A stretch of 63,989 nt of DNA, the filler included, from Sluysia triapertura (taxonomy: Eukaryota): assembly GCA_046118255.1 (NCBI GenBank). It is 5 parts of 5 records of this genome, joined end to end, with 100 filler letters (N's around TTAATTAATTAA, not from the genome) between each part and the next. Parts side by side here need not be neighbours in the genome. Positions count along the whole stretch, not along the records: positions 1 to 10,784 come from JBJNIA010193527.1; positions 10,885 to 22,016 come from JBJNIA010188443.1; 3 more parts are not named here. One strand, written 5' to 3'. A program made the position numbers and the translations under genes. The notes under the pieces were generated by a model, which made no database searches, had not been told where the DNA came from, and saw only the letters and a program-made list of their open reading frames with translations. Of the stretch, positions 1-12,281 are shown piece after piece. Numbering within the stretch: the first letter of the stretch is position 1; each line of letters opens with the position of its first letter.

Positions 1-69
1 TGGTGTCAAAGTGGCGGCCCGCGGAGGCAAATCATGTGGCCCGTAAAGCAAAAAGGTTTGACACCACTG
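1..69. mobile_element. Very short non-autonomous hAT element (Buster/Charlie-like MITE); left TIR cut by the window start
   Basis: tggtgtcaaa (1-10) is the inverted match of tttgacaccactg (57-69). Internal ggcccg motifs. The 8-bp right flank atgTAagt has the central TA typical of Buster-type target sites. Confidence 0.7.
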
Positions 70-626
70 ATGTAAGTGTTATTTTCAAATTAAATCATTA
101 AAGAAATATTCTTTTAGTTCAAAATCAACTATGCCATTTTGGCAAAAAATAAAAACTACTTTTATATGCATAAAAATATTTAATTTATCATCATAGTGTA
201 TCAATATTCTGTCTTTATTATTATAATTTTATTTATGATGTAACATTTTTGATACCAATATATTTACTTGAAATAGTAATATTAGTAAATACGAGTTTAT
301 GTATGATTTTGTATGTTAGTTAATTATATAGATGAAATAAAGAACGTGAAATAAAAAACAAATGTTTCATTCCATTAACTAGAAAATATTATATCTACAT
401 TTTGATCAGTGAAATATAAACTTAATTTTAGTTTATTTTTCATAGAAAATTTTTCTTATTTAAATTAACAAGTTTATGATGTATTTACTTAAAATAGCCC
501 TGTCAAATTAAAACAACAAACAAAATTATGTGCCAAATAAAATAATAAAATAATCCAAATAAAATTAAATTAGCAAAAAAAATAATATTGAAATTAAAAT
601 ATTGTTTTTAAGAAAAAATAAACATA

Positions 627-644
627 TGGTGTCCAAAAGTAGAT
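627..644 (+). promoter_or_regulatory. Putative primer-binding site (tRNA-Leu-like) of the downstream LTR retroelement
   Basis: aaca-ta-TGGTGTCCAAAAGTAGAT resembles the common Gypsy PBS TGGTGTCAGAAGTGGGAT and follows an LTR-type CA end. A similar tggtgtccgaagt occurs near 46870. Confidence 0.5.
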
Positions 645-1242
645 TGATTTTTGACAATATTTAATTTTTATCCAATAGAATATATTCTGCAATAGTCAAT
701 TGCTTTGCAAATGTTTTGTATATGAAATTATTTTTCGAAATTAGTTTTAGATTTAGAATTATAGAATTAATTTTCCTCAGTTATTGCGATTTTTGGCTAT
801 TCAAATAGCTATCATTTAACAAGAAATGCATAAAGCTATTGTTGGTGGATATTTTAGGATTTGACATAGATTTTTAAAATATTATTAAATATTTGTTCAG
901 AAAATAATTTTTAATAAAAAATTCATTTTATATGATTCATGTTAAATAAAATTTCAAATTATATAATATAATAAAAAATTGAAAAAAGGAATTTTTTAAG
1001 AATTTGCAATTTTTACGGTGATTAAAGTTATTTCTGTAAATTATTTAAATTTAGCATCATATTTTAGCATTATAATACAAATTAAGTTATTTTATTTGTA
1101 CAATAACTTATAATTTATGAGAGATACTGAAATTATTTTTGCATAAGAATGAAAAATTAAAAATTTATTGTTATAGATTAATTATTCATAAAGAAAATAT
1201 TATTAGAAAAATGTTTATTATTGTATATTTAAGAAAAGAAAA

Positions 1243-1512
1243 TTGAACCAATTAGGAGAATCAAAAGAAAGTTATGATGAAACAGAAGTAGAATCAAATA
1301 CCGAATCCAGTTCTACAGAAGAAGAAATATATGACAAAGATAATCAATCATACGGTGAAATAAATTCGAGTGACGATCAAGAGGTTGATACAGACATAGA
1401 AAATGATGAATTACGAGCAGAAGAAATGGATATAGATGAAGAAGAAGATGCATATTACGGTGCTTCGGAGGAAATGGAAACGGAAGAAATCAATAATAAT
1501 AATATCAGCTAA
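1243..1512 (+). pseudogene. Acidic low-complexity segment, probably the N-terminal part of the retroelement polyprotein
   Basis: E/D/S-rich 89-aa ORF, same strand, between the PBS and the UBL segment. Confidence 0.4.
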
Positions 1513-1764
1513 TGAAAAAATGAATAGTCCAGAAATAAAAACTGAATAAATTGATTAAAAGTTTAGGAATTTCTATTAGATATGGCAAAGGCATAAGAAA
1601 TGCTAAAAAATTGAATAAAAATTTAAATGAATTATTAAATTCAGAATTAAGCATACAAAATGAATATGATATTAAATTAATTTAATGTTAGTTATTTTAA
1701 GTAAGGAAGATGGCTCCTATAAGACTAAGGCAAGGAAATTATGAAGAAAAATAGAACAAAATAA

Positions 1765-2040
1765 CTATTACGATTTAATGAAAATAGTATAATTATTAAG
1801 AATGCTTTGAATATTACGATGGAACTTCCAGTAACTGCAAGTGTAAAAGATATTATACAATTACTTAAGTTAAATGACTCAACTATAACTGATGTTGATT
1901 TATATTTTTATGACAGAAAATTATTACCTAATGATTATATAAATGATTACGGTTATCTATCAATGAATGGAAACCATGAGGAAACATCAATGACTTCCGC
2001 AGTTATTATGGCTTATACTAAGCCTTTGGATGATTTATAA
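1765..2040 (+). pseudogene. Ubiquitin-like (Elongin B-like) domain inside the retroelement
   Basis: ITMELPVTASVKDIIQLLK...DVDLYFYDRKLLPNDYINDYG fits the beta-grasp pattern (LEVEPSDTI..VK / LIFAGKQLEDGRTLSDY). The tail SAVIMAYTKPLDD recalls Elongin B ATVGLAFRADD. Confidence 0.55.
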
Positions 2041-2696
2041 ATGATGACAATGACGTTGAATTAGATAGAACTCCTAGATCACTATTAAAAGAATTAGTGT
2101 GAGGTGATTATAATAATAATGATAATGAAACAATAATTCCAAATCCAGTACATAGAAAATCTATTGATTTAATGAAAATTACCCATAAAAATAATATAGA
2201 AGAGACATTAAATACTAAAAGCGTAATTTATGCATTACTATCTAACAAGTTTTCTAACTTCAATAAATATGAAAAATTATTACCTCATTTAAAGTGATAT
2301 AAAATTGAATAATCAAAGATAATTAAAATGATGGAAGAAAAATATAAAAATACGGATATAAGTGATTCCACAGATAATGGACAATACAAAGCTCTTATAA
2401 CCAAACAAATTAACACAGGCATTAATAAAGAAAGACTTAAAATTATAATAGCCTGTATAATATTTCTATGTAATAAAGCTGTATTAATAACTAAAGAAAA
2501 AATAGATAAAGTTATATAGTTTATAGACAAGAAACTTAATACATGGATAAAGGAACAATATGGATGGAAGAATATTATTAAAGAAAAAGAAGAAAAGAAT
2601 ACTTTTAATGAATCACTTAATATGATATCATAATTAATTAACAATAAGGGAATTTCAAGTGAATTAATTCCACAATTCGGCACTTCAATAAATAAT

Positions 2697-4480
2697 ATGT
2701 TTATAAATGTTTTACTGGCATTATTTAGAATTCACAAAACATACGCTTTTGATTTTAGTCAACTTCAAATAGGAAGAAAATTTTCTTTATTGGGCACTTA
2801 AGATTGTCCAGAATCAAGACCAAATAGGGTCATAATAAAAGATATGAAAATACTAAATGTTTATCATGAAGGAAATCTAGTCACAACATTGGTTAAGGAG
2901 GTCGGTAGTTATTTTGTATTGCGAGCATGATAGTCATTCATCGATTATTGATATTTCTAATGTATTAAAACAGTTTAAGACTCTTTTGAAACTAGATACA
3001 TAAGTTTAAATAAAGGAGACAAACATAAAATTAAAAATAATGTAAACTAATTTATAATGTAAGGACAACAGGTAATGTATTGATAAATTGTACTTCTGAA
3101 AGAGGTTCATTAGAATATGAAGGAAAGATTTATCACAATGTAATGGCTCAAGAAACATATATATAGTATGTTTAAGATCCTTTAATGAAAGTTTTGATTT
3201 AGAAAAACTAACTATGATGTCACGACCATTCTCTGAAAGCGATCAAACCAGTGATACTGGCGAACCCACATTAATATATGAACTGGAAAAATTTCAATGT
3301 CCATTAATATTATTGAAACAAATTAAATTTAATCTCTGGATTTATGTACCAAAATAAGATGAACTAGCTGTAGAATAAATAAATAAAAAACAAATTTACA
3401 AAGATAATTTAGATATACCGGAAAAAAGGACTTAATGAGGTAGAAACTCCCACAATTCTAATGGCAGATAAAGAAGATGATAGATTAATATTTGTATCAA
3501 AAAGTTAGTAATCAAAAGCGGACAAGAAACCACAGAAATAAATTATTTATTTATTCGAATTTATTTATCCGAAAAGACAATACTACAAGCAAAGAAAGGA
3601 ATAGATCCAAAAAAATCTAAAATTAAATAAATATTTTAATAATAAAATTGATTAATGTCAAGAAAAGTCTATCAAGCAATGATAGCTAAAGATTTCCATT
3701 TAAATAAAGAAATACTTAGAACTAAATTAGCGGTAGCGATAACCAACCCAGACCAACTAGCACCATTATTTCCTCTATAATAAGGAGTTTTGGTAGATTA
3801 ATAGGTGAGCTTTTATACACTAACAAATGTAAGAAAGTAGAAGTGCAAATTAGACAATAAAATTAATGTACTAATGAACTGCCAGTGATTTACAAAAATC
3901 AACACACTTATTTAGAGCCGGTAACAAGAAAATTTATTCCAACGTAATGGCACCAAACGTAATGGCACCAGAATATAAAATCGACGATAATATATAGATA
4001 TATCTACCAAATCCAAGTCAAAACTCCAGAAACTAAAGGTTTGACTGAATTAAAAATAAAGTTAAAATTCTCAGCTACAAAAAATATTCCAAGATCAGAA
4101 ATTTATTTTAATGAAAATATATAAGAAGCATGACATGAAATATTATTTCCTACTAAAAGGTCTTACGGACATAGTTGATAAGGCAGTTATAGAAAAAGAC
4201 GGTAAGGTAAATTTTGAATTATTATTAAGACCTGATCATTTTAAGAATGCAGCATATAATACTCTAAACATATATCAAATTTTTTAGTAGACAAGCGTTT
4301 TCAGGATTAATAAGTAATCATGTAATAATTAAAGTCATTGTCCTTATAATATCTCAAATATTTTCTGTAGTAGGCTTTACTTGGAAATTAATAATCGGAT
4401 GTTTTCCATTTTAAGCTAAATATCTCATACATCAATATGTTCGTACTCAGTTAAATGTTCTCAAAAGGAAATAAAACAAA
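2697..4480 (+). pseudogene. Chuvirus-like / gB-type (class III) envelope glycoprotein, frameshifted
   Basis: Signal-like MFINVLLALFRIHKTYA then FDFSQLQIGRKFSLLGTxDCP. LNKEILRTKLAVAITNPDQLA near 3700-3765. GELLYTNKCKKVEVQIRxxxxCTNELPVIYKNQHTYLEPVTRK near 3804-3932. C-terminal hydrophobic VIIKVIVLIISQIFSVVGFTWKLIIG. These follow remembered chuviral G motifs (GYDC..SLL..C; LSLASIAPDE; GEVIH..KC.PVEV...CY.ELPV). Confidence 0.7.
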
Positions 4481-4599
4481 CAGAAGAAATAGCGTTACAA
4501 GCAATTGATATTAAACAAGTTAATGAAGAAAAACGAAACCTTTATTAACCTCCTCCGAGAAATCTTGTTTGTATGATATATGCGAATAATAATTACAAC

Positions 4600-7170
4600 A
4601 GAGCAAGAAGACTCATGGTAGATATGAGGGTCCTCGGAAAAATGCTTATCTGCATTAGTAGATACAGGAGCCATAGCTTCTTTAATAAGCCAATCACTGT
4701 TAACTACTAAAGAACTTAATAATTTAGTTAAACAACATTCATATCTAGCAGAAGTAACCGGTGACGAAATTGAAATATTAGGAGTATTAAAGTATTATGT
4801 GAAATTTGACAAAATAAAATTGAAATAAAATGTATAGTGATGAGAAAATTCCCTGAAGACATGATACTAGGCATGGGTGTACTTTCACGATTATAAGGAG
4901 TCGCATTAGATTTTAATAAATCAAAATTGATGGATACTTATACTGTTAGACCAGTAAATGATGATGATGTTATACTGGAAGAACCATGATGGTTATTTAG
5001 CAGAACTGAATGTATAATACAAAATAAAACGAAGTTTAAGAAATGACCCAATAATGTTAATTGCTTCGAAAACTAACGAAGAGAAATTAAATATAGGAAT
5101 AGCAGATTCAGTATGTAGAATTCGTGATGGGAACATAACAATAAGAATAATAAATTATGTAAATAGTTATATGCAGGAATAATGTTAAGAGAAATAGTAA
5201 ATTATAAATTACAATCACAAATTAATCTAATATCTAATGACAAACCGAAAAATAAGAATATTAGATTGCAAAGAGATATAAATACGGAAGATTACGAAGA
5301 AATACAAATAAATAATAAGAATATAACTAAACAACAAAGAGAAAAATTATATAAAGTTATTTATAGATATCCTGGGCAATAGTAAGAAATAAATATGATA
5401 CAGGAGATTCCGTAATAAAAAACATGAAATTTCACTAACTGAAGACAAGGTAATCAGAAAGAAACCGTACCGAATCCTATTGTATAATCAACAAGAAATG
5501 AAAAACGAAAGAGATACAATGAAAAAGACTGGAGTCATAAGACTAAGTTTCTCATTATTAGTAAAGAAAAAGGATGAAACGGTGAGATTCTGTATTGATT
5601 TTAGAGAATTAAGTAAAATAACGAGAAAAGATGTATTCCCATTACCAAGAATCGATGAAATTTGGGAATTCCAAATATTTTGCAACTTTAGATCTTCAAA
5701 GTGGTTATTGGCAAATAGAAATTGTAGAGAAAGATAAATAAAAGACAGCTTTTTCTGGCGAAGATGAATTATATGAGTGTGAAAAAATGCCATTCGCTTT
5801 GATAGGAGCACCGTCAACATTTCAAAGGTGCATGAACTTTGTGTTATTAAATGTAAAAGTGTTATGGTTTATATAATAATATATTATTTAATAATATAAT
5901 AATAATATAATAATAATAATATAAAATAATAATATAATAATATTTTCAAAAGATTTTGATACTCATGTAGTAGATAATAATAACACATTGAAAAGATTAG
6001 ATGTAGCAAATTGGAAATAAAACTAGCGAAATGTGTATGGGATGAAGAACAAGTTGAATTCTTAGGCCATACAGTTTCACAAAAGGTATAAAACCAAACC
6101 CAAGACATATATAGAAAAAGTTGTTGTTTCCACAACCAGATAGTGTAAAGAAAGTGCAAACTACTACAGAAGATTTGTTATGGATTTTGCTAAGATAGCT
6201 CGATCTTTAAGAAATCGTAGTATTTAAGTGGAACAAAGGAAATCTTTCATACAACTAAAAGAAAAATTAACAACCGCTCCAATATTAATGTTTCCAGGTA
6301 TGAGTAAAACAATCATATTAACGGATGCCAGTAATTTTGCAATAGGAGCAATTCTAGGACAGAGAAATTAAGAAAATTTAGGACAAATAGTATAAGCATG
6401 TGTAAGATTAAACAAAGCGAAAATGAACTATTCTACAGTAGAAAAAGAATGTTTAGCGATAGTGTATGTATGTTTAGTATTTAGGAACTATTTATTAGGG
6501 CAAAAAGTATTGCTATATACCGACCATAAACCATTAACATATTTGTATAATCATACAGATGAAGTAAATTGATTGAACAGATGGTTCACAAAGTTGGCAG
6601 AATTCGACTTAGAGATAATATACAAATCAGGATCAATGAATAATGGTGCTGACTGTATGTCAAGATTAACAAACATAGATGAAAAGGGGAATCTTTTACA
6701 AATAAAGCAATTTTGGGAAAAATTGAAGAAACAAAAAATAATAAAAAATCAAAGAGAAGGTGAAGAAATGTCTTGTGTATTTGAAGCAATGGCTAAAGGT
6801 TTATTAAACGAGGAACAAGCCAAAAAATTATCAAAAACTGATGGAATATTACGTTTTAAAGAATCGAAAGATGAATGAAAAACAATCATACCTAAACCAT
6901 TAATAACACTATTATTAATTCAATATCATGATGGTCAATTAGAAGGACACCTCTTGATAAGAAACAAATTAAAAACAAATATTATTGGGATAATATGTAA
7001 GAAGATATAAAAAAGTGGTGTAAGGATTATAAAAGAAACCAATGGTTGTACCACTTTCACCAATGGAATTTACCGCAATTCATATAATGGGACCATTGCC
7101 AGAAACTTTAATTGGAAATAAATATATACTATTATGTGCTGATAGTATTAACAAAATGACCTGAAAATGC
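4600..7170 (+). pseudogene. pol: Gypsy pol: aspartic protease, reverse transcriptase, RNase H, integrase N-terminus
   Basis: ALVDTGA (DTG at 4661). VRFCIDFREL..ITRKDVFPLPRIDE; DLQSGYWQIE; MPFxLxGAPSTFQRCM. TDASNFAIGAIL; NYSTVEKECLAIV; YTDHKPL; RWFTKLAEFDLEIIYKSG..NGADCMSR. YHDGQLEGHL..YYWDNM; IMGPLPE..GNKYIL. Many stops and frameshifts. Confidence 0.95.
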
Positions 7171-10100
7171 TTAAAAATCCAAAATTAAAAAATTACTTGA
7201 ATAAAAAGGAAACTGTCATGCTATTACATGTCTTGAAAAAAAATAATATTTGTAATAATAATATTATTATTAATATTAATAATAATATACTCGAAATTAA
7301 TACATAACATATTAATAATAACATTTTCATAATAAACTAATTAGGGCGTAACGTCCATCAACAAAATAAATATTATATTTTCAAGGCCTGTTGCTTAGTA
7401 TAAAGTATCAAATATAAGGCATAACGCCCATTATAATTAATATAAATATAGTGAATAAAATATCACAACTCACAAAACGATAAATAAATACTTCATAATG
7501 TTGGATTAATAAAAAGTTTACGTTACGACAAAATAAGTGATATTAAAACTGGAATCTTCGATTATATACTTGTAAAAGAAAGAGCAATGTTTTTAAAAAC
7601 GAATCTAATGTGAGTAAAGATGAGATATTTAATTTTTAATTAAATAATTTAATAACAATGTACTTTCAATTAATATTTAATTAATGTTTAATTTCAGTTT
7701 TTAATATAAGAATTTAAGGAATTTAGTCAATGCAATCAATTAATTTAAAGGATTTGCAAACAGATATAGTTCGACTATATAAGTAAGTGTAATTATAAAA
7801 CTTAATTAATAGTTTTAGATAAAATTTAAAAATCTTTTGTTCATTTGTATTTCAAAATTGGTTATATTAAGATCAAATTCAGACTAAACAAGCGGAAATG
7901 TTATTTACAAGATTACGTTAGATTTGTTTGATTAAGTTTCGTCCCCTTAATCTACATTAAAATCTTGAATATTTTTAAAGGACCATTTGAAATAGGTATA
8001 AATAACATTAATAATGCAAAATCGTTATTTTGTTTATTACCTTTCCCATTTTATTTTAATGCTAATATAATAAATTATTTCATGGTGGTATTTATTAGTA
8101 ATTTAGATAGCTGTATAATACAAAATTTCTTATGACGAAATTTTCAAAAAGGCTACTTTAAAAAAGCCTATAAAATATTTTGTTACAATCCTAATTTAAA
8201 TAAGGACTTAAAATATATTTAAGATTAAAACGATAAGTAACGTAAGTAAATTAAGTGACATCAAAATCCTATAGACAAACCCTTAACTGAGTAAGTCAAG
8301 CTCGTCACATTTGAGAATAAAATTTGTTAGGTAGGTTTTATAGTAGAACCACAGCATAAAGACAGACTTTCTATACGATATACAGTTAAATTGTGGCAAA
8401 TTCGATATATATATATATATATATATTCCATTTTATAAATTCTTGACATCATCATTTGAACTTCGAAGTTCTTGAATCGATTAAATTAAACCGTTCCAGC
8501 GAATCCTAATTAAATTACTTTCCATTTTTTAACTCGTACATTTTTATTGTAGGATTTTCCTTACTTCTGTAATGATTAGAGTACACTTAAATTTCAGGTA
8601 GCTTAAATTCTGCCTTTAAAATTTCTATTAACTTTAGAATATTATTTCCCTTTCATTGAAGATAGACTATGTTTTAATAGTTTACATATAACTGAGTTTG
8701 TAGTTAACGGTGCTATATTGTTTTAATATATTAGTTTATATTTAGTAGGCTTAATGTTGCAAGTTTTTTATCTTAAACGACTAGAAACTTACACTTACAA
8801 AATGACTGAGGGTCAATTCGCCTAATATACACGATTTATATCAATGGTGAAGACGGCTATGAGAATTTTGCAAAAAACTGCAGAAATTAAGTAAATCTAT
8901 ATAGAATTCGTGGTTAGTCTTACGTGTCATCATTTTATTAATTTAATCTTTACTAATCGTTAAATTATTTAAGTTTTACTAGCATTTTATGGTCAGAAAA
9001 TTATAAATCACACTAGTCTTTTTAAGGTCTAGTTTCAAAACAAAATTATTTTATAGTGCACGAATTAAAAAATATTTTAACAAACTTATATTACTCAAAA
9101 TTATTTATACAACTTGAAATTGAAATATATATAATAAATATATTAATTTTAAATTCACGTTCAAAAATTGTGACGTTATTAGGATTTTACTACTAAATTG
9201 CATTACTCTTATTAAGATCTAGTTTCAAATGGTAAAGATTTTGAATATATATTTCTCTTATAAGGTGAAATGAAACACTTAATAAAAAATATTACTTGCT
9301 CATCATGGAACTGTTTTATGAAAAATTAGAAATTAAATTTAATCTTCTGAAAATTTTAAAAATTTCTTAAAGATTTCCTTCAAAAAATTATTCCCTCCTT
9401 CTGCTAATAAATTTACTTATTTTTATACTAAGATTTTCCACCTTGAATTCATTAAAATTTAATTTAGACAAACAAAATTTATTTTTAAAACTAAAATTTT
9501 TAAGTTTATTATTTATTTATCTTAAATAATAAATTATTTATTTATTTTTTAGAACTAGAATTTTTTTACTTATTTTTAACTTAAATAATAAATTTTCAAT
9601 TAAATCTTAAATTAATTATTTTTTAAAAGTTATTGAAATTTATAATAAAATGACTTTAAAATTAAATAACGATTTTATAAAATCCATAAAAAAATTAAAT
9701 AAAATCCATAAAATTTACACTTTACATGAAATAATAAATACAACTTAACAATGTTAATTAACGAAAAAATTCAATATTCACTTTAAATTGATATAATTAA
9801 AGAATCTTATTAACAACTAATGATTTATCAAAGAGAGATTCCTACATTAAAGAATGTTTAACATTAATATATTAACTATCATTTGTATTCGTATCCGAGT
9901 GAACAAATAAATTAAAAAAGAGTACAGTGGACTTTTTTTGAAAATCTTCATTTATTTATTAGATAAATAAAGCTCTCAAGTCATTAAAGATCAATACGTG
10001 CTAAACTAGATAACAATAAATTACTTCAACTCAAAGTGATTGTAAATAACAGTGTAAGTACTACCATCAGTGTCAATGTACTTATCTGTTGACTGTGATT

Positions 10101-10600
10101 CTTCTAAGAATCCTATATGGGTATCCTTGGTAAGATGTAAGGATGTAACCTAGACTTAAAATAATAATCATTTGGAGTGAACGTTCAAGGAAAACACAAA
10201 GGAAATAATAAGAATACGAAATACTGCTTACTTAATTTGCGAGAAGAAAATATACACATTCAAATGAATCATAGTTACTAGCTTTAATTAAATAAATTAT
10301 AATATTGCCTAACTAATATTATAGAAAAAATTAACTAATATAGAAGAAATATGCCATATTATGACTAATTTATTAAATGTAGTAAATTGGTATTTACAAT
10401 AATTATATTTTTATCAGTCTTTAAACTTTCAAGAAATAAACATACTAATGGTAAAATAATTTGAGTGATAAATATTTTAGAATTAAAAGAATTGGAAAAC
10501 AAAACGCAAATTCAATTTAAATTAAAGTAATAAATCAAAGGAAATGAAATTTAAATTTAAATTATATTGTGAGAATGAGAATAAAATGAAAAAACTTATT

Positions 10601-10653
10601 GTGAGTTCACCAACGTACTGGACTTACCGGTTAGGGCCAGCCGTTGGATTTTA
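10601..10653. repeat. Conserved 53-bp GC-rich hairpin element, copy 1 (possible LTR terminus)
   Basis: 48/53 identical to 13987-14039 on another contig. Confidence 0.85.
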
Positions 10654-10784
10654 CTATATAAAGTGAAAGATTCGTTTAATAAGATTGATTAATGTTAATT
10701 CTATAACTTATACTTATCTTGTCTCACTTCTGGAGTAACCTTGTTTCTTATAAAGTCAGAAGAGAAATTAATATCAATTATATG

Positions 10785-10884
10785 NNNNNNNNNNNNNNNN
10801 NNNNNNNNNNNNNNNNNNNNNNNNNNNNTTAATTAATTAANNNNNNNNNNNNNNNNNNNNNNNNNNNNNNNNNNNNNNNNNNNN
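10785..10884. other. Artificial contig linker
   Basis: N44-TTAATTAATTAA-N44, which gives stops in all six frames. Confidence 0.98.
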
Positions 10885-12281
10885 TTGATATATATATTAA
10901 CTGTATTGCACATATACTATTATAACTCAATTTAAATTAATTTTGCTCCAGAATAATGTTGTAATTTTTAATTACAAACTAATTCTATGCAATCTCAATT
11001 TAATATAATTTTATCATACATATAATATTTTAAATCGTATTTTTAAGATAATTTTGATCGGATTTTATATTCTTAAAGTTTGATTTCATATTACTGTTAT
11101 TGATTCTTAGTTTAAAATAATTTTACTAATTATATTAGCACGGTTTGATGTTTATAAATTTTAATTTCATATTGTTTTTATTGAATCTCACTTAAAAATA
11201 ATTATTCATACATTTTCACTTAAAATTTAATAATTATTTATTAAATTTTGAATTTATATTAACTATCTGTAATCTCATTTAAAATTGATACTAAAGTATT
11301 ATAATCTTAATAATGTTTTTAACAATTATTTTAGTAAAAATGAGTTTATTTTAAAATTCTTTTACAAAATATATATATTACATTTTACAATATAATTAAA
11401 GTTTATAAGACATGCTAAACCTTAATTTGAGATAATTTAAATACCTAACCTCGTGTTAAGTATAATTTAATAATTGGTTAATTTTAGTAGAAGTAATAAA
11501 CATTCGTACGCAACTCGAAATTTTATAATTTTGTTAGTTTATATATCCAAAAAACACTAACTAGCATGTAAAAATTAAAATAATTTTCGATTCTTAAAAA
11601 CTTACGTAAAACATTTTTTTATTAATTAATTTTTGATATGATAGTATTTTTTATATAAAAATTGTGAAATTATTTTAAAATTAATCAAAATACCACAAAT
11701 TCAATATTCATTTAATAAAAGCAAAATAGTAATGTTAGTAACAGCATTAGTTTATGCTAAAATTTAACTGTTGAAGCTAGTAAACAAACTATGATTCATT
11801 ATCGCTGTGATGAAAGAATGTCTGTACAGTCATAGGAAAATTTTTGATATTTTATATTCATCACTTTTGTTAAAAATCATTATGTTATTATTGGTAAAAT
11901 TTTCTTTCAAACGTATATCGAAGCTAAACGAAATCTTATTAGTGTACCACAAGTGTTTTATTCTCCAAATAAATTGAGCAGCGCTAAATCGGTAAATTAA
12001 TTAATGAAAAATTCCGTAAAAACAGAATAGAAGTGACAAATATTTTCTAGATATAAATTATTTAATATTTGTGAACTTATAATTATTATATTAAATAATT
12101 AATAATTGAATAAGTGTAATAATTAAAATGTTTAAAAATAATTTAAAAATTACCGAAACATATGCATCAAATGATTGATAATTCTTCTCTTAGATAGTAC
12201 TTATTTGGGTTTTACTGTGACTCTGCATCATGAAGCTCAAGGTCAAAATTTCTTAAAATGATATCTTCACCTGCTTCTTAA

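Larger units (their letters stand above)
627..7170 (+). mobile_element. Decayed Ty3/Gypsy LTR retroelement with glycoprotein upstream of pol; 3' truncated in integrase
   Basis: Collinear frameshifted remnants: acidic ORF, UBL, glycoprotein, PR, RT, RNase H, integrase (PR-RT-RH-IN order). Confidence 0.85.

Noticed and set aside
10601-10653. U1 snRNA, SL RNA, twister or HDV ribozyme identity for the conserved hairpin
   Set aside because: Only the ACTTACC core matches U1. No Sm site follows the donor. Twister and HDV pseudoknot pairings are not conserved in both copies.
10785-10884. TTAATTAATTAA palindrome repeated four times in the window
   Set aside because: Identical N44-flanked 100-bp spacer: an artificial linker, not biology.
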